Part shown: positions 50,458-63,899 of the stretch, piece by piece
Layout of the letters: the number at the start of each line of letters is the position of its first letter
How positions within the stretch are numbered: position 1 is the stretch's first letter
Assembly (NCBI RefSeq): GCF_963921235.1
Contig: NC_086118.1
Location: forward strand, 16,556,001 to 16,620,000
Reading direction: 5' to 3'
Length of the DNA: 64,000 bases
DNA from: Mobula hypostoma
Taxonomy: Eukaryota
Made by a program: the position numbers and the translations under genes
The notes under the pieces: model-generated
The model's database searches: none
Seen by the model: the letters and a program-made list of their open reading frames with translations, nothing else
What the model was told of the DNA's origin: nothing

Positions 50458-51252
50458 TGGATGACAGGTACTGTTTCCCTGGTTTGGTTTGGTTGTTCAA
50501 ATACAGCTGGCACAGGAGACTGCCATCAAATGAAAGCATCATGCCTATTACACACTGGATTTGTCACCTTAGATCACACCCCAGGTGGAAGCTGAGAAGT
50601 AGAGTCCTTTCGTTTTCAGTTTTGATAGAGGGTAGAGGAATTTCTCCATGAACCCTCTGGGTGAATATAGCACGCCCTTGTGTCCCTCCCGTCTCCTCCT
50701 GGTGCTTGTCCTCTGCTCATCCACCAGTCATATTGTATTCTTGTGGAATGATAACCAATGCACCCATTTTTGTGAACAACTATTCAGTGCAAAAACCTTA
50801 ACGTCAATGAATAAATTCTGTGTCACAACATGCAACACTCTGAAACATAAATGAATACAGAACTCGCCAAGCACTTGCAGATCTCAAAAACAAACAGAAA
50901 TTACGTTGTAAATGCTTGACAACACTTATTATCCCTATTCTTATAACAATTAGGGGATGTAGACCGATAGGAATTGGGGTTATTTTTGAAGTTTCTCAGG
51001 ATTAACAGGGTATGTTAAACTCGAGCATTGACATTCAAAATGAGTGCTGACTGAAACCAGTTTCGAATCATTTCAGTGAATGTTCACCAATATGGTGCTA
51101 TATGAGATATGTTCCACAAATAACTGTACTCATACTACAGACATCTTTCACATCAAAAATAGAAAGCAGTGACTCCAGATTCTCAGCATGGCTATTTTGA
51201 GCCTTTGCTTCTATACCTAACTTACCTAATAGCAACAAAGTAAGCTAAGGGA

Positions 51253-51838
51253 CCACACACAAAATACTGGAGGAACTCAGCAGGTCAAGCAGCATCTATG
51301 GAAATGAATAAACAGTCAACAATTCAGGTTGAGACCCTACTTCAGGACTAAGGTGGTGTCAGAATAAAAAGGTGGGGGGGAGGGGAAGGAGGCTAGATAG
51401 AAGGTGATAGGTGAAGCCAGGTGGGTAGGAAGGTCAAAGGCTGGAGGAGAAGGAATCTGATAGGAGAGGAGAGTGGACAATAGGAGGAGGGTCCCAGGGG
51501 GAAGTAACAGGCAGGTGACAAGAACTGGAAGGTCAGAGTGGGGAATAGAAGGTGGCGGGGGTGGTGGTGGAGAGATTTGTTCACTGGAAGGAGAAATCGA
51601 AATTTATGCCATCAGTTTGGAGGGTACCCAGACAGAATACAACGCATTGCTCCTCCATCCTGAGGGTGGCCTCATCTTGGCACAAGAGGAGTCCATGGAC
51701 CAACATGAAGGAATGGGAATGGGACTGGGAATTAAAATGTTTGGCCACTGGGAAGTCCTGCTTGTGGCAGGTGATGCAGAGGTGCTCAATGAAGTGGTCT
51801 CCCAATTTACGATGGGTTTCATGAATGTAGAGGAGGTA
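51253..51838 (-). mobile_element. Penelope-like 3' fragment
   Basis: Minus ORF GDHFIEHL...DFPVAKHFNS...HGLLLCQDEATLRMEEQ...LQTDGINFDFS; same family as 3255-3875. Confidence 0.88.
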
Positions 51839-52446
51839 AATGAGGTTCTTCTCATCACATTAGCTCTCCCTGGTACCCATAACACATTACTAATTGGATT
51901 GATATGCTGTCTTTACCTTCTCTCTTTCCAATGTTGTAATTAAAATTTACTGCACTATCTTCCTACTTGAATCATTTCTTTGTGCAATTTAACTTTAAAA
52001 TAGTTCAAAGACTTTAATCCTCAACAAGATAAACATAGATTGCTTATGGACCACACCTTTTTTTTCAAGAAACAGCTGTAAACAGCAGCATAATTTAAAC
52101 CAGACAATTTATCCAGTGAGAAAAGTGGCATGGAACAATTGGGCAAAAATTACACAGTAATTATACGGCTTAAACATAACACAGAGGGAGGTATTTACAC
52201 CTTAAAACTCTCTTCCCTCACATTTGAGCTCACTGAAACTAATTACTTGCAGTAATCTGGTGGCAAAAGCAGACGAGGTAAACGCAGAAGTACGATGTGC
52301 ATGCCACAGTTGGTCTCTTGGTTGCACCAGGCATACAGGGGAATTCAAACAATTCACGATTCCATATAGACTAGAGAAAGAATTTTGGTGCAGATTCTTA
52401 TACTGACAGTCAGTATATTTGGCATGATGCACTATATAAACAAACA

Positions 52447-52975
52447 GCAACACCCATAAACAGCTGGAGGAACTTGGTAGGTCAGGCAGCATCTATGGAA
52501 ATGAATAAACAGTCAACGTTTCAGACCAAGACCCTTCTTCCGGACTGAGAAGGAAGGGGGAAGATGCCAGAGTAAAAAGTGGTGGTGGGGGAGTAACGAA
52601 GGAAGCTAGCTGGAAGGTGATAGGTGAAGCCAGGTGGGTGGGAAAGGTCGAGGGCTGGAGAAGACGGAATCTGGGAGGAGAGAAGAGTGGGCTATAGGAG
52701 GAAGGGAAGGAGAAGGGGACCTAGTGAGAAGTGATAGGCAGGTGAGAAGAAGTAAAATGTCAGAGTAGGGAATAGAAGAAGAGGGGAGAGGGAGGGAATT
52801 TTTTTTTTACCATAAGGAGAGATTGATATTCATGTTACCAGGTTGGAGGCCACCCAAACAGAAGATAAGGTGTTGCTCATCCACTCTGAGGGTGGCCTCA
52901 AATTGAAACAAGAGGAGGCCATGGATCGATATATCGGAATGGGAATAGGAATCAGAACTATAATGTTTGGTCATT
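52447..52975 (-). mobile_element. Penelope-like 3' fragment
   Basis: Collinear with 51253-51740, with a degenerate hammerhead at ~52510-52547. Confidence 0.85.
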
Positions 52976-53099
52976 AAATGAACACCTGGATATTCTCCCT
53001 CAACAAGGAAGAGTGCAGTTCATGCACAAAAGAAAATGAAACCCAAACAAAGAATCCTCTGAGGAAAGATTGGACTGCTGTCAGTAGCCCCTTGGGGTT

Positions 53100-53235
53100 C
53101 AGAACATCAAACATGGAATAGTAGAGCACAGCATAGATCTTTCAGCCCATAATGTTGTGCCAACCTTTTAACCTACTCAGAAAGCAATCAAACCCTTCTC
53201 TGCCACATAGCCCTCTATTTTTCTTTAATCTCTGA
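53100..53235 (-). mobile_element. CR1 3' end fragment
   Basis: ttcagcccataatgttgtgccaacc is the reverse of the CR1 3'UTR seen at 5208-5240. Confidence 0.6.
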
Positions 53236-53479
53236 GCAACATATGCAAGATGCTTTGCTTTTGCTCTCAAGAAGAACATCTGAATGGGGATAAGTGAAAC
53301 CATTTTATGATCTCATTTCAGTCAATTAAAATATTCAGATCAGTCAATTACAGCATGTTTCAACTGTGCTACTAAGTCCATAGATACCATGTTTCTAATC
53401 TGATACCACAATACATTCTTAGTAATTAATGACAGCAGTAAATTTCTACTCTTCCAGTAGTGGCTTTAATAGACAGCAC

Positions 53480-54420
53480 ATAAGACTGTGTTCATGTCCG
53501 ACAAAAGAATCCAGGCTGACAACCTGGCAGAGGTCAGGAGTAATGCTGCATTGCCAGAAATGCAGCCTTTTCAACATGAGCGCACTGTGCTCATAGCTGG
53601 GTGCAGAAGATCTGACGGGTGGATTTGAACAAGAGGAACCAGACTATCTGGTCTACATTTATCTCAGCCAATGTCACAAAAGCTTCTAGATGCGGATGTC
53701 TGTTTTGCAAAATATCTTTGTTCATTCTGTAAGAGAGATCCCGAGTTATTTTGTTGCTTGTCACTTTAAATTCTCCAACCCATTCCCTATCTGACCTATC
53801 AGTCTTTGACGCCTGAAACTGTTTCAATGAAGCTGATGTGAGTTTGAGAAACAACACCCCTTCCTCCACTCAGGCATATTACAGCCATCAGGACTCGATA
53901 ATGCATTCACCAATTTCAGATAATCAACCTCTCCTCACCAAGTCATCCACTGTGACCTGATCCACTGAAAATTATCTTCTATTTCAAATTTACAGACATG
54001 CTGTGTACTGTGTCTAGATTAGTTGCTTTTGTTGTCTCTCAGTGGTCTAATCCCACTCCCACCAGGTATACTCCTTCAAATAGATCAACTATAATTACCT
54101 TGACTGCGTTGTAACTGTCTTACCACCCCCCACCCCGCACATAGATATTCCCTCTTCTTCAGCTCTTCCCTTCTCTGAATCCCCACAATTTTCATCCTTT
54201 TCCAGCTCTGACAAAAAGTCATTGACTCTGATTCTCCCATCATGAATACTGACTTGCCTGCTGCACAATTTCTGTTTTCATTTCATTAAAACGTTTGATT
54301 TGGCCATCACCAGAATGCTATTTGAAGAATCTGTGATGTGTAAATCACTTGTTGCTTCAACAGACCATGTTTATACTTCAAAAATACTTCACTGGCTGCA
54401 TTATGGCTCCCAATGTCTTA
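53480..54420 (+). mobile_element. DeuSINE-like relic interrupted by an old Penelope-like fragment (~53690-54285)
   Basis: aatccaggctgacaac...gctgcattgccagaaatgc on the left and tatacttcaaaaatacttcactggctg on the right. In between is decayed sequence resembling a GIY-YIG C-terminus (cagccatcaggactcgataatgcattcaccaatttc). Confidence 0.45.
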
Positions 54421-55129
54421 GCCTTTTACCAAATGGTGTTTCCTCTTTTGCGGGGTTCTGCATGGATGTGCACAAATAAAATCTAACATAATTTTTTATA
54501 AAAGGAAAGTAAAAGCAAATGAACTCCGAGCAGAGAAACAGATCAAGCCAGAGTGAGGGAATCAACACATATGACCAGACAAATAATAATGTCCAGTCCT
54601 TCCCAAATGCCTCCACCAAAAGATAGTATCTGTTGAACATTCTTCTCCTCCCACAGCGCAAGTCCAAACAGGCCTACAGTTGACATTCTCCAGAAACAGG
54701 AAGGAGGAAGAAATCTCAAAACTTTGGCTTCAAAATTGTGTGCCTAAGGCTATGAGAGGTTTTCAGTGGATGAGCAGGACATGAGATTGAAACATCGTGG
54801 TACACTGTTCTAGGGTACTCCAGTGGGGGTGCTGCAAGTACAAAGCATTTAGCTTCAAAAGCTGTTTCCGTTTCACTTATTTCCCATTGGCTGATTACCT
54901 TGCAACTATGGCAACGGCAACCATTGCTCTCCCTTACCTATCATTCCTTCACCATTCTGGTGCACTTTTTTGTTTCTTTGAAATAAGCTCATGGTTCTTT
55001 ATCCGGATAAGAGATTTAATGAGTCATTTGGAACATGGCAGCCCCAAATATGCAGCAATTTCTTGGTGAAACAATTAAGTTATCAACCTGGAAATAATTC
55101 GGAATTTATGTAGCTTGGGTAATTGATAG

Positions 55130-55345
55130 TTGTTGTCCAATCTTGGCAATTTACTTGCAAACGTTTCGTCACCATGCGAGGAGACATTGTCAGTGCGTTG
55201 TTGATTGTGGTGTGTCCTCCAAATGCTTGGCCTTTATATACTTTTCAATCAGTTGATTGAACATCATTTCAAAAACTCAATTGTGGTCGGGGAGGAAATC
55301 TCATTGCTGATTGGCTGTGTGGCGAACTTCCTGTGTTGTGGTCTT
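55130..55345 (-). mobile_element. Terminus of a second Penelope-like family with a degenerate hammerhead
   Basis: The reverse complement contains GCA-CTGACAA-TGTCTCCTCGCATGGTGAC-GAAA-CGTT-TGC. Confidence 0.55.
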
Positions 55346-55369
55346 GAACTTTGCCTGCATCAGCTCATA

Positions 55370-56097
55370 AGATGAGGGAACACAAACCAGTCCTCATAGA
55401 GGGATTGGAAGTGGAGAGAGTGAGCAATTTCAAGTTTCTGAGTATCAATATCTCTGAGGACCTAACCTGGTCACAACACATTGGTGCAACTGTAAAGGAG
55501 GCAAGGCAGAAACTACATTTCATTTGGATTTTGAGGAGATTTGGTTTGTTACCAAAAACACCAGAAAACATCTACAGAGGTACCATGGAGTGCATTCTGA
55601 CTGGCTGCATCACCATCTGGTATGGGTGTGAGGGAGTACTACACTGGATTAAAGGACTGTAAGTTGCAGAAAATTATAAAATTAGTTAGCTCCATCATGG
55701 ATACTAGCCTCCTTAGTATCCAAGACATCTTCAACGAGCACTGCCTCAGGAAGGTGCGTCCATCATTAAGGATCCCCACCCTCCAGGATATGTCCTCTTC
55801 TCATTTACTACCATGATGAAGGAGGTATGGGAGCCTGAAGGCACACACTCATCGATTCAGGAATGGCTTCTTCCCCTGTGCCATCCAATTTCTAAGTGGA
55901 CATCTAACCCACGATTACTACCTCAATACTTACTTTAAATTTATGTTTTTGTTTGACTTATTTTAAATTAACTGTTTAAGATAAACAGATATAGTTAATG
56001 TAATTCAGTTTTTTTTCCATATTTATCATGTATTGCATAGTACTGCTGTCCGAAAGTTAACAAATTTCATGACATATTAAACCTGATTCTGATTCTC
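55370..56097 (+). mobile_element. Rex1/Babar-type LINE 3' fragment
   Basis: VERVSNFKFLSINISEDLTWSQH...ILTGCITIWYG, with a (gattct)n tail. Confidence 0.88.
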
Positions 56098-57479
56098 TGA
56101 TAAATAGGGATGAGGTCAAAGTGTTTGCTTACAGAATTCTTTGTGGAAAACCAGGCTTCTATGAATTCTCTTGCATGCTGCATGCTTGCTTGCACCATGA
56201 CTTTTCACTGGTATCAACCTATTCCTATGGTTGAACATTCGTGGGTTGTCCTTGGGGTAAAAGGCTGATGAGTAGGAGACACAGGTGACCATAACAATAT
56301 TGAATGCACTTTGAAGTGACTGTCAAGCATCTCTGTCAACTCAGCTAATGACCTTTGAAACAGTAGACAAGTCAGTCTGTTACAAATAAACAATCTCTCC
56401 CCCACCTGTTGCAAAGAATTAGGCAGTCCCCAGTAGAACGGCAAGGACTGAAAGTAAAATTCCTCTCAAATTTTTCAAGTGCGGCTGTCTGGACAGTGAG
56501 ACATGATTCATTATTTGTTTTGCTGTTTTGGAGTAATGGGGCATCAGAGATTTACTCACTGTTGCATTCTGGGAAGTCAAAATGACCTTGAAGTGAAAAG
56601 ACAGTTGAGACTGCAGCAAAATCTTCAGCATGTTGTTTATTATCAACAGCTGCGATGTCAATGATGAATGTGGAAAGGAAGAATATTTCTCAGCATCAGT
56701 TTGATATCTGTGTACAAAAGTATTATTTGGAGCATCAGATCAACTCATAAAGTGCAATGTCACAATATTTGTGGTGAACAATTCCCATCATTTATGGCAG
56801 CTTAATTTAAGTTCTCCACTGAATCAGGAACATATTGATGTGCTTTGTGTTTATTTAAGTTATTACACAATTCACTTTTTAAAAACTCAAAATACAGCAT
56901 AACTTTCGTTTACCAGTGTGACTGAACGTAGGGGAGGAATTTGACCGCTCAAGTCGTTCTTTTTGCACTGCAGTTTTCATGAAAGCACAGTATTTCATCC
57001 CAACTTTATATGCCGTAATATCTTTTTTGATAAATTGCAAGCACATCCTCTGCTAGTTACCTGAGCCAGCTTAAGCCGTGTTGCAGTATTTGGCAGCACA
57101 CGTTCCAGACCGGCACTTGCGTGTTGGAATGTAGGAGTACTGCATTACTGCACGTGCTATCTTTCAAACAGGCTGCGAAGCTCGTGCCAAGTCCTTTTGG
57201 CCTGATATATATAAATAGTCCAATGCTGTGGTGAGCAAAGGGATGGGAGATACAACCCATCCTTCTACTAATGCCACCAAACCAATCAACTGGACATTAA
57301 CCTCATTGTTACATACAGAATTTTGTGATGTGCTAACTGCCTGCCACATTTGTCTATGATGTAACACCTTTACAATTCCTTCACCATGAGAACGGAGAGG
57401 TCCAGTGGATACGAAGTGTTCTCTCACTTTTTATAATAGAAGCCATAATAACTTGTATTTACAATTAACAACATTTACT

Positions 57480-57755
57480 TATTGATTGATTGATTGAGAT
57501 ACAGTGTGGAATAGGCCCCTCCAGCCCAGCAACACGCGCTGCCCAGCAATCCCGATTTTAACCCTAGCCTAATCATGGGACAATTTACGGTGCCCAATTA
57601 ACAGTCTTTGGACTGTGGGAGGAAACTGGAGCTCCTGGAGGAAACCCATACAGTCATGGGGAGAACATGCAAACTCCTTATAGGGTAGTGGTGGGAATTG
57701 AACCTGGGTCGCTGTCACTGTAAAGCGTTGTGCTAACCACTATGCTACCATGCCA
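57480..57755 (-). mobile_element. V-SINE
   Basis: (attg)n tail, reversed core and tRNA head. Confidence 0.85.
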
Positions 57756-57877
57756 TATAACATAACATCTTTCACAACACATGTTAAGGCGCTTTAGAAC
57801 CAATGAAGCAACTTTTGAGGATATTTTTAACGTTGGACGCACATCCCAACATGTTTTATGAAAAGGTGAAAGATGAC

Positions 57878-58125
57878 ATGGTAGTGTATTGGTTATCATA
57901 ACACTATACAGTGCTGGTACCCCGCCTAAGTTTAATTCTGCCACTGTCTTTAAGGAGTTTGTACATTCTCCTCGTGACCACATGGGTTTCCTCTGGGAGC
58001 TCTGGTTTCCGTCCACATCCCAAAGACGTACAGGTTATTAGGTTAATTGGGCACACAGGTGTAGTTGGGCATGTGGACTCATTGGCTAGAAAAGCCTGTT
58101 ACCACGCTGTCATCTCTAAATAAAA
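57878..58125 (+). mobile_element. V-SINE
   Basis: taaggagtttgtacattctcctcgtgaccacatgggtttcctctggg...catcccaaagacgtacaggtt. Confidence 0.8.
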
Positions 58126-60039
58126 CAAAAGAGAAAGAAGAACACATTGGAATGCGGGGGAGTTGGGAGAATTAACCAGAGGTTAAACTGAAATGGTTTT
58201 GATTTGTGGTGGTGGTTGATGATAGGAAGAGAAGTCCCCTGAGAAAAGCTGAAACTGTTGGTAGAGACAATGACAAGGAGATACACATAAGGTTTGAGTC
58301 AGAAGAAAAAAGTCTGTAATTTTTCAGTCAAAAGAGGATTGCAGCGCTTCTTAAGAGTTAACATTATATCAGTTGACCAGACCCTACTCCTTATCCCACC
58401 TTTACAATTTCACTTTGAGCACATCTCCTAACTCCTGTCCCATGGTCTTTCCTCTCCATCCCCAATATACAGATTGGCAAATCTCACCAGATTCAAAAGT
58501 CTGTACAGTTTACCGAGACACAGAGACAACCATTCTATTAATAATAGTAATTTGGCAGTATGAGCTCCTAAGTTTTGCTGATTCTTATTCTCAGTGAACT
58601 TGTATAACAAACATAAGATCCTCGTATTGGAGGAATGCACTGATGTATTTTGAATTAAAACAAACTGTTTAGAGATTTAGTAATGCACAACATCGAACCA
58701 TGGGTTGAAGGTTGGTTGAAGTACTGAACATCATACTGGTTTAATTATCATAAATCAGAACCACTCTCAAATATCTTGGACACTGACTGCAACACCTCTC
58801 TATGCAGCTGATGTACATTGGGTCAAACTGACATCTGCCTGCGATATTCTCCTTTGGACTTCGATCAAAATGATCTGCCATGGCATAATACATACCAGAC
58901 TCAGTACAGAGAACCCAGCATGCCCCTCTAGCCAGGATCATCTTTCTTCTTCCAACTTACCAGGAGTAAATCTGTTTGTGATACCCTCCAATAGTTTCCT
59001 CTACATGTGCATTTCTCCAAATTTTATTTGCTATTATATAGTTCATTGTTCTGATTCCACCTGGTGGACTCTGGCTGATTTTGAAGCTGGAGTCCCTTGC
59101 CCGATTGCCCATTCTTTGCTTGTGATCTGGAACAGAGAACACTGGCGATCAACGATGGAAAGTATTACATCCGCACCTGGACCTTCGTCATTCATCTGGA
59201 ACGGGATCACAGACTCAGCGGTTAAGGTCGAAGAGTTGGCTGATTTCTTTGTTCCTTTCCTAGCAGTGGAGTTAATTGCAGGACATGTACTGATATCTTA
59301 CTGAGAACAGTTAGTTTTGTCTGGAATTACATCAAACAAGATGATGCAATATAGATTGTGATATATACGATGGTACTTTACTGTGTTTAAAAAGTATCGA
59401 AAGTATTTTACTTAGCATCAGTATTGAACAGCGAAGTTACATTCAATAATGCCCTAACAGAAGTAATGGACTATAACATTAACATCCAATATTTTGTTCC
59501 TTACATGGATTACTTCATAGATCTAGCACTTGTAAAGGTGCAGAACAGGAGGGGTGTTGTTTTACCAGTTGCTGCTCACCAAAACAACAGCTGAGATTTT
59601 CTAGTTGATGTACAGCTTCGTAAATCATTGCAGCAAGCAGGGGGAAGCAGTCACTGCCAAAATACTGCCTGTCTATTTGAAGGAAATACCGGACAATGCC
59701 GCAAAGATGATGAATGTAATAAAAGCTTAAACATTGAATTCCAGCATATTTTCCATTCTGTGTAATGAGGTGGGAAGTGAATACACAGGCTAAACAGTTA
59801 CTATTCGGAAATGCCTTGGCACCTTTTTTGAACTACAAGCTATCCTTGCTCTCTCAGTCTGGCTTCCAGGCTGGGCTACTTATCATTTACATCCTAGAAT
59901 CGTAGAAAGATAAAATATGGGCCCAGGCTAATGGACCCATTGAGCCTATACCAACCAACAACTACCCTATTTACAATCATCCTACTTTAACCTCAGTTTT
60001 AAAAAATTCTCCACGCAATCTCGGCATTTTAAAGGGTGT

Positions 60040-63000
60040 GGGTGAGTAGCCTTGCTACATATTGGCACCAGTGACATAGGTAGGAAAGCTGAGGAGATCC
60101 TGAAGAGAGATTTTAGGGAGCTAGGTAGAAAGCTGAAAAGCAGAACTGCCAAATTAGTAATCTCTGGATTGCTGCCTGTGCCACGTTCCAGTAAACTGGT
60201 GCAGGGGGCAGGGGGTCAGACTTCTGTATTACTGGGATCTCTTCTGGGAAAGGTACGACATGTATAAAAAGGATGGGTTACACCTGAACCCGGCGGGGAC
60301 CAATACCTTTGCGGACAGGCTTGTTAGATTTTTTTCAGGATGGTTTAAGCTAATTTGGCGGGGGGATGGGAACCAGAGAGATAGGGCTGAGTATGGGGTT
60401 GTTGGTTTACAAACAGAAGCAGTGTGTAGTGAGATTGCTTTAACAAGGACAGACTGATGACAGGGAAAAACTGCAGTCAATGGGATGAGTTGCAATGTAA
60501 AAGGGGAACAAAATCTAATAAGGTGATGAATACAGGATTGAAGGTGTTGTATTTGAATGCACGCGGAATGCGGAATAAAAGTAGATGAACTTGTAGAACA
60601 GTTAGAGATTGGCAGGTATGACGTTGTGGCCATGGCTGAAAGAAAATTATAGCAGGGAACTTAACATTCAAGAATACTCATTGTATTGAAAGGAGAGAAA
60701 GGTAGGCAGGGGGGTGGTGCAGCTCTGCTGGTAAAAAATGAAATCAAATCCTTCAAAAGAGGTGACATAGGATCAGAAGATGTAGAATTCTTGTGGGTCG
60801 AGCTAAGAAACTGCACGAGTAAAAAGACCTGTATGGGAGTTATATACAGGCCTCCAACAGTAGCAAAGATGTGGGCTACAAATTACAATGGGAGATAGCA
60901 AAGGCATGTCAAAAGGGTAATATCATGATATTAATGGGGGAATTTCAAATTGCAGGTAGATTCAGAAAAACATGTTGGTGCTGGATCCCAAAAGGAGGCA
61001 TTTGTAAAATGTCTACAAGATGGCTCTTTAGAGCAGCTTGTGGTTGTGCCCACTTGGGGATCAGCTACTCTGTGATTGGGTAGTGCACAATGAACAGGAA
61101 TTGACTGGAGAGCTTAACGTAAAGAAACCTTGAATGACAGTGATCATAATAAGATAGAATTCACCCTTCAATTTAAAAAGGAGAAGCTAAAGTCAAATGT
61201 ATCAGTATTACATTGGAGTAAAGGGAATTACAGAGGTATGAGTGAGGAGCTGGTCAAAATTGATTGGAAGGGGACATGAGCAGGGATGACGGCAGAGCAG
61301 CAATGGCTGGAACTTCTGGGAGCAATTCTGAAGGTGCAGGTTAGATACATCCCAAAGAAGAAGTAGTATTGCAAAGGTAGGATGATACAATTGAGCCGGA
61401 CAAGGAAAGTCAAAGCCAATATAAAAGTCAGAGGGCATATAATAGAGTAAAAAAATTGTGGGAAATTAAAAGATTGGAAAGTTTTGAAAACTGACTAAAA
61501 GAGTCATAAAGAGGGAAAAGATGTAATATGAAGTTAAGCTTGCCAATAATATTAAAGAGGATACCAAAAGTTTCTTCAGATATATACAGAGTAAAAGATA
61601 GGTGAGAATAGATATTAGATTGCTGGAAAATGTTGCTGTAGAGGTAGTAATGGGGGACAAGAAAATGGTGGATGAACTGAAGAAGAATTTTGCATCAGTC
61701 TTCAGAGTGGAAGACACTAGCAGTATCCTGGAAGTTCAGGGGGCAGAAGTAAGTGACATTGCCATTACTAGGGAAAAAGGTGCTTGGGAAACTGAAAGCT
61801 CTTTAGGAAGATAAATCACCTGGACCAGGTAATCTACACAACAGGGTTCTGAAAGAGGAGGCTGAAGAAATTGTGGAGGCAATTTTTTAATTTGATATGA
61901 TTTTTCAAGGATCAATAGATTCTGGCATGGCTCCGGAGGAATGGGAAATTGCAAGTGTCACTCCACTCTCCAAGAAGGGAGAGAAGCAGAAGAAAGGAAA
62001 TTCTAGGCCAGTTAGTCTAGGTTGGGAAGATTTTGGAGTCAATTGTTCAGGGTACTTGGAGGCACATGATAAAATAGGCCAAAGTGAGCATGGTTTCCTC
62101 ATGGGAAAAGCCTTGCCTGATAAAGCTGCTGGAATTCTTTGAGGAAGTGACAAGAAGGATAGACAAAGGAGAATCGGTGAATGTTGTGTACTTGGATTTT
62201 CAGAAGGCCTTTGACAAGGTGCCGCACATGTGGTATTACAGGAAAGATACTAGCATGGATGGAGCAGAGGCTGATTGGTAGAAGGCGAAGAATGGGAATA
62301 AAGGGAGCTTTTTCTGGTTGTCTGCCCATGACCAGTGTGTTTCACAGGAGTCAGTGTTGGGACCACATTTTTTTTTGTTATATGTCAATGATCTAGATGA
62401 CAGAATTGATGGCTTTGTGGCTAAGTTTGTGGACAATACGAAGAGGTGGAGGGGCAGGTAGTGCTGAAGAAGCAGGGAGGCTGCAGAAGGATGTAGACAG
62501 ATTAGGGAATTGGCAAAGAAGGCAGATGGAATACAATGTCGGTAAATGTATGGTCTTAGACTTTGATAGAAGAAATAAAAGTGTAGACTGTTTTCTAAAT
62601 GGAGAGAAAATTAAAAAATTCAAGGTGCAAAGGAACTTGGGAGTCCTCGTGCAGGATTCCCTAAAGGTTAAGTTGCAGTTGAGTTGGTGGTAAGGAAGGC
62701 AAATGCAATATTAGCATTCATTTCGAGAGGACTAGAATCTAAAAGCAATAATAAAATGTTGAGGCTTTGTAAGACATTGGTCAGAAAGCACTTGAATATT
62801 CTGAGCAGTTTTGGGCCCCTTATCTAAGAAAGGAAGTGCTGACATTGCAGAGGGTTTAGAAGAGGTTCATGAGAATGATTTCAGAAATGAAAGTGTTGCC
62901 AGATGAGGACCGATTGATGGCTCTGGTATCTCATTGAAACCTATTAAATGATGAAAGGCCTTGACAGAGTTGATGTGGATAAGATGTGTCCTATTGTGGG

Positions 63001-63262
63001 GGAGTCTAGGACCAGAGGCTACAGTCTCAGAATAGAGGGACCTCCATTTAGAATAGAGATGAGGAGTAATTTCTGTAGCCAGAGAGTGGTGAATCTATGG
63101 ATTCATTGCCATAGGTGGCTTTGGAGGCCAAATTATTGAGTATATTTTTCAGCAGAGGTTGATAGGTTCTTAATTAGTCATGGTATGAAGGATTATGGGG
63201 ATGAAATGGTGGAGCAGACTCGATGGGCCAAATGGCATAATTCTGCTCCCATATCTTATGAA
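60040..63262 (+). mobile_element. Near-complete decayed CR1 LINE: esterase-like ORF1 remnant, APE endonuclease, RT and 3'UTR
   Basis: HIGTSDIG and DGLHLNPAG (SGNH-like ORF1), GGGAALLVKN...GVIYRPP (endonuclease), VVYLDFQKAFDKVPH (RT) and ESRTRGYSL, with numerous stops and frameshifts. Confidence 0.94.
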
Positions 63263-63287
63263 TAAGCACCCAAATTCTGCCACCCAC

Positions 63288-63450
63288 CAACACACAAGGG
63301 ACAATTTACAGCAGCTGGTTAACCTACCATGTTTTTGGGGCATGGGAGGAAACTGGGGCATCTGGAGAATGTGCAAACTCCATGCAGTCATCTCTGAAGG
63401 TTAAGACTGAACTCTGACATGTGAAGGAGTGCCATACTAGATGTGTTAAT
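63288..63450 (-). mobile_element. Decayed V-SINE
   Basis: gggacaatttacagcagc...gggaggaaactgggg...gagaatgtgcaaactcc. Confidence 0.7.
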
Positions 63451-63899
63451 GAGCTGATTCTCATCTCAATGAGCCAAATATTTTTGATTCAGTTTTGTTC
63501 TGGGCATTAAAGTAGCTGGAATTCTGGGCTCAGAGGAAAACTGCACTTAAGTTTTTCAAAACTTGCATGATATCTGGTCATGAACAAGCAACAGTTACAG
63601 GCCACTGGGTAACCTGACTGAACTGGCACAGGAATTAGGTTAACACTGACTCTTAATAGAAAACCTTGATAGCTGGGTCCACTATTTTGCAATACCAGGG
63701 TCCCTCATACAGTCAGACATGGCTGCCAGGATTTTGAAACCATTGACAATGACAAGACTGAATGAAAATAGATTTTTATCCTTTACTAGAATTAAATCAA
63801 ATATATTCAATAGCACCATTGCACAAAAGGCAAATGATCATTCTTTAAATTTCTGTTTAAATTGTACACTTGCATTATAATTTTTAGATCATGAAGATA

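Noticed and set aside
51473..51943. 156-aa plus-strand ORF
   Set aside because: Antisense reading of a Penelope fragment.
58870..59304. 144-aa ATG ORF in non-repeat DNA
   Set aside because: No recognisable domain in this or the opposite-strand frames I translated. It cannot be supported without BLAST or expression data.
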